A program made the position numbers and the translations under genes. The notes below the pieces were generated by a model that was given only the letters and a program-made list of their open reading frames with translations, did not search any database and was not told the origin of the DNA. This document shows, one piece after another, positions 1 to 11,709 of a stretch of DNA of 64,000 bases (within the stretch, counting starts at the first letter, position 1; each line of letters starts with the position of its first letter). Source of the DNA: Mobula hypostoma (lineage: Eukaryota); NCBI RefSeq assembly GCF_963921235.1, contig NC_086100.1, positions 204,044,001-204,108,000 of the forward strand, given 5' to 3'.

Positions 1-62
1 AGTGGTGCAGGTAGAGAGGCCGCACTTTCCCCGGGACAGGATCACGATGGCCACTAAATTCA
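1..62 (-). CDS. GPR139-like GPCR, start of exon 2 ((V)NLVAIVILSRGKCGLSTCTT...), continues beyond the window start
   Basis: Acceptor ...CTCTCTCCAG| at 64-63, then TG AAT TTA GTG GCC ATC GTG ATC CTG TCC CGG GGA AAG TGC GGC CTC TCT ACC TGC ACC ACT. Splicing gives GVP-VNLVAIVILSRGKCGLS, with the conserved TM1 Asn and the SRGKCGLS loop of chondrichthyan GPR139-like receptors. Whether the gene is intact cannot be judged here. Confidence 0.88.
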
Positions 63-63
63 C

Positions 64-65
<2 letters not shown>

Positions 66-125
<60 letters not shown>

Positions 126-136
126 GATAGACAGAC

Positions 137-177
<41 letters not shown>

Positions 178-240
178 CAGACAGAGAGAGACAGACAGAG
201 AGAGAGAGAGCGAGACAGACAGAGAGAGAGAGAAAGAAAG
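66..240. repeat. Compound (AG)n/(AGAC)n microsatellite
   Basis: Directly visible. On the minus strand it is a pyrimidine tract abutting the exon-2 acceptor. Confidence 0.97.
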
Positions 241-571
241 GAAAAAAGACATTGGACATTACTGAACACATTCTACCGGAATTAATACGGGATCGGGTTT
301 CAGCTAAAGTTCAGGAGTGCCAGAATCTGTGAAAGGCTGCTAATCTAACATCAGACACGGGTCACACTGTCTCTGACCTGCCTTCTTCAGTGTGGAGATA
401 AGACGGTGTGTGGACAATCGTCGGCGGTAAGAGCGATCTGAATGAACAACAACGATCGGTGCTGATCCCGATTCCAGTTGCTGATGGGGCCGGTTTCACT
501 GATTTAACCGTGACTGACCAGGCTCCTGGAAACTCAGCATCTGATGGGGCCGAGAAGGGAGACAGAGGGGA

Positions 572-680
572 GCAACACACACAAAATACTGGAGGGACTC
601 AGCAGGTCCGGCAGCATCTATGGAATTGAACCGACTTTGGTTTTTGGCCGACACTTTTCTAGAGGACGAAGCGGTGCCCC
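572..680 (-). mobile_element. Decayed Penelope-type terminal repeat fragment in the GPCR intron
   Basis: caacacacacaaaatactggagggactcagcaggtccggcagcatctatgg resembles the repeats at 8361, 20838 and 43218. Confidence 0.6.
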
Positions 681-1238
681 AATTTACGACGCGTCTCAGA
701 GGGAAAGCAGGAACAACTTGGTAACCTAAGGATGAGTGACTCCGTTAATGGATTAATTCTGCAGCGCAGTTCAATTCGATAACGCTCGTCAGCAGATCGG
801 TGGACAATGGTTCAGGTGATCAGACACAATTATTGACCGAAAGGCAGTGAGATCCAACTGTGACAGACTCCACAAGGAGACATGGAACACAGGACCAGGG
901 GTTCGCCCTAAACAATAACTCAGGAACAGTGAACTTTACAATGTAAACCCTTCCTAGACACACCTTTCTGGAGAGCTTCCTGTCCCCACACCGGGACAAC
1001 TCCGGACAAGGTGTCATTGAAGGCAAGAACAGCGTTCGAGTCGATCCCGTGAGTTAGATGAGAGACAGGGGTTTAGTTCCGTTTGTCGTTAAATATGCAA
1101 AATCAGAGTGTTGAACTGACAGGGTCGATATCTCTGACGGACAGTTGTACAATGATCATCAAGTTGAAAACTTGTTAAATGATCATAAGCAGGTCCACAC
1201 AGGTTAACTCTCAGAAATACCAAACGTGAATCTTTCAC

Positions 1239-1314
1239 CAGGAACTCCAATGACGGCAATGACCACGTACAATATTTTCTCCACACTCAAGAACCGATCC
1301 CACATTACAGACAT
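1239..1314 (-). CDS. GPR139-like class A GPCR, coding exon 1 (MSVMWDRFLSVEKILYVVIAVIGVP + 1 nt)
   Basis: The minus strand reads ATG TCT GTA ATG TGG GAT ... ATT GGA GTT CCT G followed by the donor GTGAAAG at 1238. The 76 nt give a phase-1 intron matching the exon-2 acceptor. The hydrophobic end ILYVVIAVIGVP fits the first half of TM1 of the GPR139-like receptors I recall as expanded in sharks and rays. Confidence 0.85.
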
Positions 1315-1512
1315 TTTCACAGTCCAGTGACTGTCCCCCTGTGCTACAGACAATCTCTCGCAATGTAATGTTGAGGCAACACATGCCTGGGGTTTTTAAT
1401 ACCATTCAGTGACTCCACAGGGACAGATTTGAACAGATTTAAAAATAAAGTTTTTAAAAAATTATTTACAAACCGATTACGTCAGACGGGTGCAATCGCC
1501 GCGGTGACAGAT

Positions 1513-1862
1513 TGTGATTAAATTAATGAATTAATATGTTGATCACTTTTGGGGTTAGTTTGTCCCAACAAAGGTGACTGAACCTTGCAAGTTGTCTGAT
1601 GAATTAAATGTGATTCCACTATAAATATGTACATCAAAGGAACCATTTGTCAAACAGAATATTGAAGTAAATTATGGCATTGTAGTTTGTGAAATTGTAT
1701 TGAATTCCCTACTGTTGTCATTCACCTCCAAATTATAAACTTTAAATGTACCGAGGGTATCCCTAAGAAGGTGTCTGTGGTGATGAATAAACACGTTCAT
1801 ATCCACAACATTCCCCACCGTGAATTAGTCACAGTCAGAACATTTGGGGGCTCGTCCTGGAC
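1513..1862 (+). mobile_element. ERV-like LTR (TG...CA, ~1513-1842) followed by a tRNA-Pro primer-binding site (1845-1862)
   Basis: ...gtcagaaCA-TT-TGGGGGCTCGTCCTGGAC matches the tRNA-Pro PBS TGGGGGCTCGTCCGGGAT at 16/18. AATAAA at ~1786, TATAAATA at ~1620. The 5' LTR edge is less certain. Confidence 0.7.
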
Positions 1863-2087
1863 CCACCCATAACGCTAACACATGGCCACCAAACTCAGCA
1901 GTCTAGTGTAAGGGAGTATGTTTTAATCATTTTACCTGGATGTGTCAAAAAACACGGCTGAGAACTGGAGAGGTCAGCTGTGTCTGTAGGCTGTGCAGTA
2001 CAGCACAGCGAGCTACCGAAAGGGGCAGTTGGGGAGAAGGCGATAGGCAGGCGAAGCGTTGGGTAGAAAATGACAATAAAGGTATTG

Positions 2088-2784
2088 TGGAGAGCAGAGG
2101 GATTTGGGGGTACATTTCCACAGATCCCTGAAAGTTACCTCACAGGTGGAGAGGGTAGTTAAGAAAGCTTATGGGGTGTTAGCTATCATAAACCAAGGGA
2201 TAGAGTTTAAGAGTCACGATGTAATGATGCAGCTCTGTAAAACTCTGGTTAGGCTACACTTGGAGTACTGAGTCCAGTTCTGGTCGCCTCACTATAGGAA
2301 GGATGTGGAAGCATTGGAAAGGGTACAGAGGAGATTTACCAGAATGCTGCCTGGTTTAGAGAGTGTGGATTACGATCAGAGAAAAAGGGAGCTTGGGCTT
2401 TACTCTTTGGAGAGAAGGAGGATGAGAGGAGACATGACAGAGGTGTACAAGATAATAAGAGGAATAGATAGAGTGGATAGCCAGCGCCTCGTCCCCAAGG
2501 CACCACTGCTCAGTACAAGAGGACATGGCTTTAAGGTAAGGGGTGGGAAGTTCAAGGGGGATATTAGAGGAAGGTTTTTTACTCAGAGAGTGGTTGGTGC
2601 GTGGAATGCACTGCCTGAGTCAGTGGTGGAGGCAGATACACTAGTTAAATTTAAGAGACTACTAGACAGGTATATGGAGGAATTTAAGGTGGGGGCTTAT
2701 ATGGGAGGCAGGTTTTGAGGATCTGCACAACATTGTGGGCCGAAGGGCTTGTACTGCGCTGTACTATTCTATGTTCTGTGTTCT
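2088..2784 (+). mobile_element. CR1 LINE, subfamily B, 3' fragment
   Basis: ORF 2305-2718 (ALERVQRRFTRMLPGL...TRGHGFKVRGGKFKGDIRGRFFTQRVVGAWNALP) and (TTCTATG)n-like tail. Confidence 0.93.
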
Positions 2785-3282
2785 AAAAGAAAGAAGAAGG
2801 ACAATGAGTTTGTAAGGTAGGGAGGAATGTGTGAAGGAAAGAGCGGGACAGTGGGGAAGAGAATGGATGAAGAGAGGCGGAAAGAGAGAAAGAGGGTGAG
2901 GCTATATATATATATATTAGTCTGTCTGTGTCTCTGTGTCGATGTTTGTATATGTATATGTAGCACACAATCTGGCCTCTCCTGGGAAACACAGGGTTTT
3001 ATCTTCTGAGAGAACATTGTGGCTTTCCGATCAATGAAGAGTGATACAACATCAGATAACTCACTTTGCGTATCAACCTACCATCACATTGCGGGGTGGG
3101 GTGTGGCATGGGGAAGGGTTAGTGGCGTGGAAGGCGAGCTACAAAAAAGGGAGAATTGGCGAGAACGCGAGAGGCAGGCGAAGCCTTGGGTAAGAAGGGA
3201 AAAAGAGACAATAAGGGAAAGAAAAAGGGGAGTTAGTGGGTATGTTAGGGAAGAAGGTGTGGAGGAAAGACTGTGGCAGTGG

Positions 3283-4587
3283 AGAAACATAGAAACATAG
3301 AAACATAGAAAATAGGTGCAGGAGTAGGCCATTCAGCCCTTCGAGCCTGCACCGCCATTTATTATGATCATGGCTGATCATCCAACTCAGAACCCAGCCT
3401 TCCCTCCATACCCCCTGACCCCTGTAGCCACAAGGGCCATATCTAACTTCCTTTTAAACATAGCTAATGAACTGGCCTCAACAGTTTGCTGTGGCAGAGA
3501 ATTCCACAGATTCACCACTCTCTGTGTGAAGAAGTTTTTCCTAATCTCGGTCCTAAAAGGCTTCCCCTCTATCCTCAAACTGTGACCCCTCGTTCTGGAC
3601 CTCCCCAACATCGGGAACAATCTTCCCGCATCTAGCCTGTCCAATCCCTTTAGGATCTTATACGTTTCAATCAGATCCCCCCTCAATCTTCTAAATTCCA
3701 ACGAGTACAAGCCCAGTTCATCCAGTCTTTCTTCATATGAAAGTCCTGCAATCCCAGGAATCAATCTGGTGAACCTTCTTTGTACTCCCTCTATGGCAAG
3801 GATGCCTTTCCTCAGATTAGGGGACCAAAACTGCATACAATACTCCAGGTGTGGTCTCAGCAAGGCCTTGTACAACTGCAGTAGTACCTCCCTGCTCCTG
3901 TACTAGAATCCTCTTGCTATAAATGCCAGCATACCATTCGACTTTTTCACCGCCTGCTGTACCTGCATGCCCACTTTCAATGACTGGTGTATAATGACAC
4001 CCAGGTCTCATTGCACCTCCCCTTTTCCTAATCGGCCACCATTCAGATAATAATCTGTTTTCCTGTTTTTGCCACCAAAGTGGATAACTTCACATTTATC
4101 CACATTAAATTGCATCTGCCATGAATTTGCCCACTCACCCAACCTATCCAAGTCACCCTGCATCCTCTTAGCATCCTCCTCACAGCTAACACTGCCGCCC
4201 AGCTTCGTGTCATCCGCAAACTTGGAGACGCTGCATTTAATTCCCTCATCCAAGTCATTAATATATATTGTAAACAACCGGGGTCCCAGCACTGAGCCTT
4301 GCGGTACCCCACTAGTCACTGCCTGCCATTCTGAAAAGGTCCCGTTTATTCCCACTCTTTGCTTCCTGTCTGCCAACCAATTCTCTATCCACATCAGTAC
4401 CTTAACCCCAATACCATGTGCTTTAAATTTGCACACTAATCTCCTGTGTGGGACCTTGTCAAAAGCCTTTTGAAAATCCAAATATACCACATCCACTGGT
4501 TCTCCCCTATCCACTCTACTAGTTACATCCTCAAAAAATTCTATGAGATTCGTCAGACATGATTTTCCTTTCACAAATCCATGCTGA
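3283..4587 (-). mobile_element. CR1 LINE, subfamily A, 5'-truncated RT
   Basis: QHGFVKGKSCLTNL, YLDFQKAFDKVPH, GVPQGSVLGP, KFADD; tail (CATAGAAA)n on the plus strand. Confidence 0.95.
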
Positions 4588-4989
4588 GCACGGTTGAAGA
4601 GGGGGCAGAGAGAAAAAGAGAGTGTGCGAGAGGAATATAGATGAGAGGAAAGGGGGAGGGAGTGGGAGACAAAAGATGGAGAGAAAGAGACGCTGGGGAA
4701 CGGGGATGAGGAGGTGGTGAGAGTGGGGAGGGTTGAAAATTGGGGCAAGAGAGCGGAGAGAATTTGAGGCAAAGAGGAGGAACGAGCAATTTTTGGGAAG
4801 CGGGGTGAAGGGCAATGGGAAGATGGAGAGAGAGCGCGCGGCGTGTGTGTGTATGTCTGTCTGACTGTCTGTGTTTGACTTTGTGCCATAACGTGTGTTA
4901 GTGTGTTTCTGTGTCTGTATGTGTGTTGACCCATTGTGTCTGCCTGCTCCTGCTCTGTCACTTTATCCCCCTTGGTTCAGTCCCATCCC

Positions 4990-5828
4990 ATCTATCTCCA
5001 CAAACTGCACATGCCCTCGAACTCTCAGTTCGAACACTTCACAAAATGGCTGCCTGAACCATAAAAAAGCAAGAACAGAGGTTGAATTTCAAATTGCATT
5101 TATTATTAATGTATTTACGAATGAAACAACCTTGAGACTTGTCACAGCTCCAATTCAGCAGACACCCCTACATATATATTAAATTATCCCAGAGCAACAA
5201 ATACTTCAAACAGTTTACAAAATGGCTGCCTCCATTTGAAAATAAAGCAAGAGCAGAGGTGAAAGTTCATATTGTATTTATTATTAAAGTCTGCATAAAC
5301 GGGATAACCTTGAGATTTAACACACCTGCAAATCCACCGGCTCCCCCAAGTCAGTGTTCACCCCCGAATCCGCCAACACACCCAACGCAGCACATATCTG
5401 CAAATCAGTGTGCACCCACAAATCTGTGCTCACCGGAAAACTTTCATTCAACCGTCAAATGAGTGGGCACTCCCAAAGCAACCGACACCCCAAAATCTCT
5501 GTGCACTCACACATTCGCCGACATTATCTTAAATCTGTATACATCCGCCGCCAAATTAGTATGCACCCACAGATTCACCGACTAACCTCGAAATCTGCGC
5601 ACATCCTCAAATCCATGCATACCCCAAATCCGTGCATATTAGACCAACATAAAGCAGGCATTATTTCAAACAGTTCACAAAATAGCTGCCTCCACCTAAA
5701 AAAAATCAAGAACAAACTTCAAAGTCCGAACGCACGTCCACATAGGTATTCTTCGTATAATCATCGATATCCCTATAAATCTGCGCACTTCTCCAAACCC
5801 CCGCATCAGAGGGTGCCACAAAATCCAC
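4990..5828. repeat. Unassigned complex satellite-like repeat, block 1
   Basis: Anchor TTCAAACAGTTCACAAAATGGCTGCC at ~5029, 5205 and 5665, interleaved with short AAATC(C/T)GTG(T/C)GCACCCC units. Same family as 7470-7790 and 60850-63230. Confidence 0.75.
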
Positions 5829-7469
5829 GAACATAGAACATAGAATAGTACAGTACTGCATAGTACAGGCCCTTCGGCCCACAATGTTGTCCCAACCCTC
5901 AATCCCTGCCTCGCATATAAGCCCCCACCTTAAATTCCTCCATATACCTGTCTAGTAGTCTCCTAAACTTCACTAGTTTGTCTGCCTCCAGCACTGAATC
6001 AGGCAGTGCATTCCACGCACCAACCACTCTCTGAGTAAAAAACCTTCCTCTAATATTCCCCTTGGACTTCCCACCCCTTACCTTAAAGCCATGTCATCTT
6101 GAATTGAGCAGAGCTGCCCTGCGGAAGAGGCGCTGGCTATCCACTCTATCTATTCCTCTTATTATCTTGTATCATGTCTCTTCTCATCCTCCTTCTCTCC
6201 AAAGAAAAAAGCCCTAGTTCCCTTAATCTCTGATCGTAATGCATACACTCTAAACCAGGCAGCATCCTGGTAAATCTCCTCTGTACCCTTTCCAATGCTT
6301 CCACATCCTTCCTATAGTGAGGCGACCAGAACTAGACACAGAACTCCAAGTGTGGCCGAACCAGAGTTTTATAGAGCTGCATCATTACATCGTGACTCTT
6401 AAAATCTATCCCTCGACTTATGAAAGCTAACACCCCATAAATTTTCATAACTACCCGATCCACCTGTGAGGCAACTTTCAGGGATCTGTGAACATGTACC
6501 CCCAGATCCCTCTGCTCCCCCACACTAGCAAGTATCCTACCATTTACTTTGTACTCTGCCTTGGAGTTTTGTCCTTCTAAAGTGTACCAGCTCACACTTC
6601 TCCGGGTTGAACTCCATCTGCCACTTCTCAGACCACTTCTGCATCCTATCAATGTCTCTCTGCAATCCTTGACAACCTCTACACTATCTACTACACCACC
6701 AACATTTGTGTCATCTGCAAACTTGTCAACCCAGCCTTCTACCCCCATATCCAGCTCGTTAATAAAAATCACCAAAAGTAGAGGTCCCAGAACAGATCCT
6801 TGTGGGACACCACTAGTCACAATCCTCCATTCTGAATGTAATCCCTCCACCACGACCCTCTGCCTTCTGCAGGCAAGCCATTTCTGAATCCACCTGGCCA
6901 AACTTCCGGGATCCCATGACTTCTGACTTTCTGAACAAGTCTACCGTGTGGAACCTTGTCAAATGCCTTACTAAAATCCTTATAGATCTCATCCACTGCA
7001 CTACCCTCATCTATATGCCTGGTCACCTCCTCAAAGAACAGGCTTGTTAGACATGATCTGCCCTTCACAAAGCCATGCTGACTGTCCCTGATCAGACCAT
7101 CATTCTCTAAATGCCTATAGATCCTATCTCTAAGAATCTTTTCCAACAGCTTTCCCACCACAGACGTAAGGCTCACTGGTCTATAATTACCTGGACTATC
7201 CCTCTACCTTTTTTGAACAAGGGGACAACATTCGCCTCCCTCCAATCCTCTGGTACCATTCCCGTAGAAAACGAGGACATAAAGATCCTAACCAGAGGCT
7301 CAGCAATCTCTTACCTCGCCTCGTGGAGCAGCCTGGGGAATATTCTTTCAGGCCCCGGAGACTTATCCGTCCTAATGTATTTTAACAACTCCAACACCTC
7401 TTCTCTCTTAATATCAACATGCTCCAGAACATCAACTTCACTCATATTGTCCTCACCATCATCAAGTTC
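5829..7469 (-). mobile_element. CR1 LINE, subfamily B, 5'-truncated, inserted into the satellite-like repeat
   Basis: RT ORF fragments 6332-6901 and 6817-7176 (GVPQGSVLGP, KFADD); tail GAACATAGAACATAG at 5829. Confidence 0.95.
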
Positions 7470-7790
7470 CGCTATATTCGCCGACAATCCCCTATGGCTG
7501 CGTACATTCGTAAATCCCTGTGCACCCCGATATTCCCCAAATCATCCGTAAATCAGCGCGATCATTAAATCATTATATCTGTTTGTATCCCCAAATCCCT
7601 GCGCACCCTCAAATCCAACGACACAGCCAGATTTGTGTGCACCCCAAACTCGCTGACTCCTTCAGGTGCACATTACTATCACAGAGCAAGAATCATTTCA
7701 AGCAGTTCTCGAAATAGCTGTGTCCATCTTAAAAAATTAGGAAGAGCAGAGGTCAAATTTCAGGTTGCATATATTATTAAGATACATTTT
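7470..7790. repeat. Satellite-like repeat, continuation of block 1 after the CR1
   Basis: ATATTCGCCGACA and AAATCCCTGTGCACCCC units; anchor AATCATTTCAAGCAGTTCTCGAAATAGCTG at 7691. Confidence 0.72.
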
Positions 7791-8363
7791 TGTGATGTAG
7801 TCGCAACAATTAAATCTGATGGAAGGGTTTGTTCTTTCTCTCTGAATTTCTAATTGATATAATGATTGCAAGATAGACACTTCTTGCTAGATTAAGTGGA
7901 GTACTATATTTTGCTCCGATTTCCTAATCCTAGTGATGTGATCGCTGAAGCTTAGGCGTGTGTGAGAGATCGATCCGCTGCCATTTCCTCCACCCATGCT
8001 CCCAAACATGCTCGATGGACAGACAGGAAAAGCGCTGGTAGTGTCAGTAATGGCTGCCTCTCTACCCAGAAGGCCTCACTAACGGAAGATCCATCTATCG
8101 TTCACAGAAATCACGCCAGCACATTCGCTATTCAGCAGAAACTCCCCGGTGACTGGGTAAAGACCGTGGGGCTGAGGAAGAGGAGTCACCTCTAATTTTT
8201 AGTAGTCAATGTACGCAAAAATCTTACTTTGTGCATTTTTTTTCTCTGTGACAAATGTATGTGCGCACTGAATGCGCAAATGGGGCAGTTTATGTAGGTT
8301 TCCAAAATATTTGCAATAGAACTGCACAGAATAACAACAAAATAACATACATATTTAATTCAC

Positions 8364-8750
8364 ACACACAACAAATGCTGGTGAACACAGCAGGCAAAGC
8401 AGCATCTATAGGAAGAGGTACAGTCGACATTTCGGGCCGATACCCTTCGTCAGCACTAATTGAAAGAAGAAATAGTAAGAGATTTCAAAGTGACAGGGGG
8501 AGGGGGAGATCCTAAATGATAGGAGAAGAAAGGAGGGGGAGGGATGGAGCTAAGACCTGGAAAGTTGATTGGCAAAGGGGATACGAGGCTGGAGAAGGGA
8601 GAGGATCATGGGACGGGAGGCCTAGGGAGAAAGAAATGGGGAAGGGGAAAGCCCAGAGGATGGGCAAGGAGTTATAGTGAGAGGGACAGAGGGAGGAAAA
8701 AAAAGAGAGAAAAAAAAGGGAAAGAGAAAAAAACCGTAATAAATAAATAA

Positions 8751-8790
<40 letters not shown>

Positions 8791-8920
8791 CTACATGAAT
8801 GAATGAATACATAAATAAATAAATAAATAAGGGATGGGGTACGAAGGGGAGGAGGGGCATTAACGGAAGTTAGAGAAGTCAATGTTCCTGCCATCAGGTT
8901 GGAAATATTTAATTGTTATT
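8364..8920 (-). mobile_element. Penelope-type terminal fragment inserted in the hAT element
   Basis: Direct repeat ATATTTAATTCAC at 8351-8363 and 8921-8933 (TSD). Contains a hammerhead motif and an internal (AAAT)n/(AGAT)n tract at ~8738-8830. Confidence 0.8.
8422..8457 (-). ncRNA. Minimal hammerhead ribozyme motif, mutated copy
   Basis: AGUG-CUGACGA-A-GGG-UAUCGG-CCC-GAAA-U-GUC-GACU: core intact, one stem I mismatch, C-to-U change in stem III. Confidence 0.65.
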
Positions 8921-10074
8921 ATATTTAATTCACTCAGTTATTTTTTTCTCTCTCCTGTATTTGGCATTTACCCATTCTTTGTAAACTCTATCGCGACTAA
9001 TCGAACTTCTATCCCATTGATAGCTTTATCCAAATGCCATTCACCTAAACGGTTTCTCAGTTTGTTTTTGAGTTGATTCGTTAGGCTAAAACCTCGTTCA
9101 CAGTCCGCACTAGACGCAAGAAAGGTTCCCCCAATGTCTATCAACTGTGCAAGGTCGCAGAACTGTTCATTTTGAAGTACAAATGCAACCATTAGAGCAA
9201 AGTTTGAAATTGGTATGGATTTAATCTATTTTTCTCGCACGGAAAATTTGAAATCGTTAAACTGTCTCGCAATTACAATATTTTCAGCTACAAAATCATG
9301 ATATTTTAGACATAAGGCATTATCTTGTTTATCTTCAAATGTGGAGTCACAATCTTCAATTGCGGAGGAATCAGCAGCTGACCATTCTTGTATCTGAGCT
9401 TTGATCTCCTCTGGATTTGATCACTTTCGCTCTCGCTCGCCTGCACTCAACCGTAACATGCGTAGCACTCCTGGAACGGGTAATGACGGGTTCTGTTGCC
9501 TCAGCTTTTGTACACCGTCCAAATGCGATTTACTTGCCAAATGACGCTTCAAAAAAGTCAAGTTTCCAAATATCATCCCACTTCTTTCCACTGGTAAATT
9601 CTCCGGCAACTTTCGCATTACGACAATGTAAACAATAACTCCGGTTTCCGAATCATACATAAATATTTCTCGTAGCTGAACGTTCATGACCTCATGAGCT
9701 TTCGGTGTAACAGTTTCCACCATTTTGTTAAGCCGTTCAACTTTAAACGAATTTGCAGCTCTTTTGCGCTTCACGCCCTTCGCTTATTTTGAATTCGACA
9801 TAGTGAATCCCAGAATAGGATAGGTGAGGTGACGTAAATTAGTGACGTGAACTGCGGTATTTGAAAAACCGACTAACTAGTTAACGGAAACAGTTAGCTA
9901 AAAGATTATTCTAAGTAAGTATAATTATTAAATACTACATTATTTTAGGTAACTAACCTTTTGTGCGCACATTAATTTCCTTTGTGCGCTGGTTGAAAAA
10001 TGTGTGTGTGCGCGCACACGCGCACAGCTTACAGGGAACTATGGTGGGGTGTTGTGTTTTTTATACGAACCGTT

Positions 10075-11705
10075 GGTTCTGAAAGAATAGAAATTTTATT
10101 TAACAATAACCACATGTGTTTACAAAGCCATGTTTTCTCGATCTTTTAACATTCCTGCGCATGCTGTGAACTCACTCCAGTGACGTACTTGCACGTCATA
10201 TCACCACATCTTCCTTTCCTTAAAAGAAAAGGAATTAGCAACATCTACCAGAGCAAATGCATAATTTAACATGTCTCTATCAGTCTCTCTGGGGGTTTAT
10301 GAACACGAGTAGACCTTCTAAGTGGTTCACACAGTTCTTGCGTTTCGTTCTTATTTCCATGTTTTGTCTGGTCTGCATCAGTTAACTGAAACTCTGAGGT
10401 TGACTCTTTCTTGAGGTCTTTGCGATTTCTTCTTAACACTGCTCCTTCTTCTGTTTGGACCATGTATGATCTGAGTTGTACTTCTTCAAGTACTGTAGCT
10501 TTCTATGTCCATGTGTTCATTTTGTCTTGTATCCTTACTTCATCTGCTTGGTGCAGTTCAGGTAATGGACGAGAACATCTGTCAAAGTCTGTTTTCTGCT
10601 TTGCTTTGTGTTCATCTTTCCATCTTTTCACTTGTTCACCTCTCTCTTTCTCAGAAGGCTCTTATCTATTGGCAGATTGGTTATCAAATGGCGTCCCATC
10701 AAGAGCTGAGCAGGTGAAAATCCACATTAGGTTAGATTATATTAGATTAGATTATGAGGACACGCAGTCCTCTTTTATTGTCAGTTAGTAATGCATGCAT
10801 TAAGAAGTGATACAATATTCCTCCGGTATGATATCACAGAAACACAGGACAGACCAAGACTGAAGAACTGACAAAGACCACATAATTATAACATATAGTT
10901 AGAACAGTGTAAGCAATACCGTAACTTGATGAAGAACAGGCCGTGTACACGGTAAAAAGCTCAAAGTCTCTCGAAGGTCCCACATCTCACGCAGACGGGA
11001 GATGGAAGAAAACTCTCCCTGCCATACCCGACCATATTCCGACTCTGAGTCGTCCGAAAACTTCGAGCTCTGAACAGCCCTCCGAAACCGAGCACCGTAC
11101 TCCAACTTTGCCGAACGCTTCGACCCCATCCCCGGCTGCCAGCAGCAGGCAAAGCCGAGGATTTTGGGACCTTCCCTCCGGAGATTCTCGATCGCACAGT
11201 AGCAGCGGCAGCGAACCGGGCATTTCAGAAGTTACTCCAGATGTTCCTCCGTGCTCTCACGGCTGTCTCCATCAAATCAGAATTGTGAACGGCCCCTATT
11301 TAAAAACTACGATATCATTTCACCGGAGAGGCTACGCGCTCTGCGTTGCGCCGCCGTCTTCTCCTCCCATTCATGTGGAGTACTGCGATAGGCTAACAAA
11401 GCTTTATAAAATCACCTCCACTATCTTTTGATTTGTGAAACAGTTTCTTGATAATTCCAACCGACTTCTCAACTAATCCATTGGACTGAGGGAAAATGGA
11501 CTGAGCGTTGTATGAACAAAGCCCCATTCATGAGTAAAATGTTTCATGCATTCACCAGTGAATTTTGGACCATTGTCTGTGAAAACGTCATCAGGTACAC
11601 CATATCTGGAAAAGAAAAATTGTTTTCATGCATGTAATTACATTCTCTGCTATTGTTCTGCTCAAACGACACACTTCAGGATACAATGACTGGTAATCTG
11701 TTATC
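10075..11705 (-). mobile_element. Gypsy-type LTR retrotransposon 3' remnant (integrase end, PPT, short 3' LTR ~10075-10208)
   Basis: Minus strand: integrase-core-like PDDVFTDNGPKFTG at ~11560-11600, C-terminal LRRNRKDL...PLRRSTRVHKPPERL, then purine tract AGGAAAGGAAGA (10220-10209) directly before TGTGGTGA. Interrupted by 10726-11367. Confidence 0.78.
10726..11367 (-). mobile_element. Non-autonomous ~650 bp retroposon with Rex1-like ends, copy 1
   Basis: Homologous to 54881-55560: 5' GAGAAGA(C/T)GGCGGCG, 3' GACAATAAAAGAGGACTGCGTGTCCTC + (TAATC)n. Confidence 0.75.
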
Positions 11706-11709
11706 TAAG

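Larger units (their letters stand above)
8186..10043 (-). mobile_element. hAT DNA transposon remnant (ZNF862-like transposase fragments)
   Basis: ORF 8968-9192 carries SSADCERGFSLTNQLKNKLRNRL, a hAT C-terminal dimerisation motif. ORF 9421-9774 is probably the N-terminal part. The right end reads CATAGTTCCCTGTAAG on the minus strand, with a partial counterpart CCTCTAATTTTT at 8189. Confidence 0.8.

Noticed and set aside
60..269. 69-aa SLSLCL ORF
   Set aside because: Translation of the microsatellite; intronic.
625..670. Hammerhead in the intronic Penelope-type fragment
   Set aside because: The CUGANGA and GAAA core elements are destroyed.
4008..4961. 317-aa ORF with a novel N-terminus fused to RT
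   Set aside because: The N-terminus is low-complexity flank read in frame with a truncated CR1.
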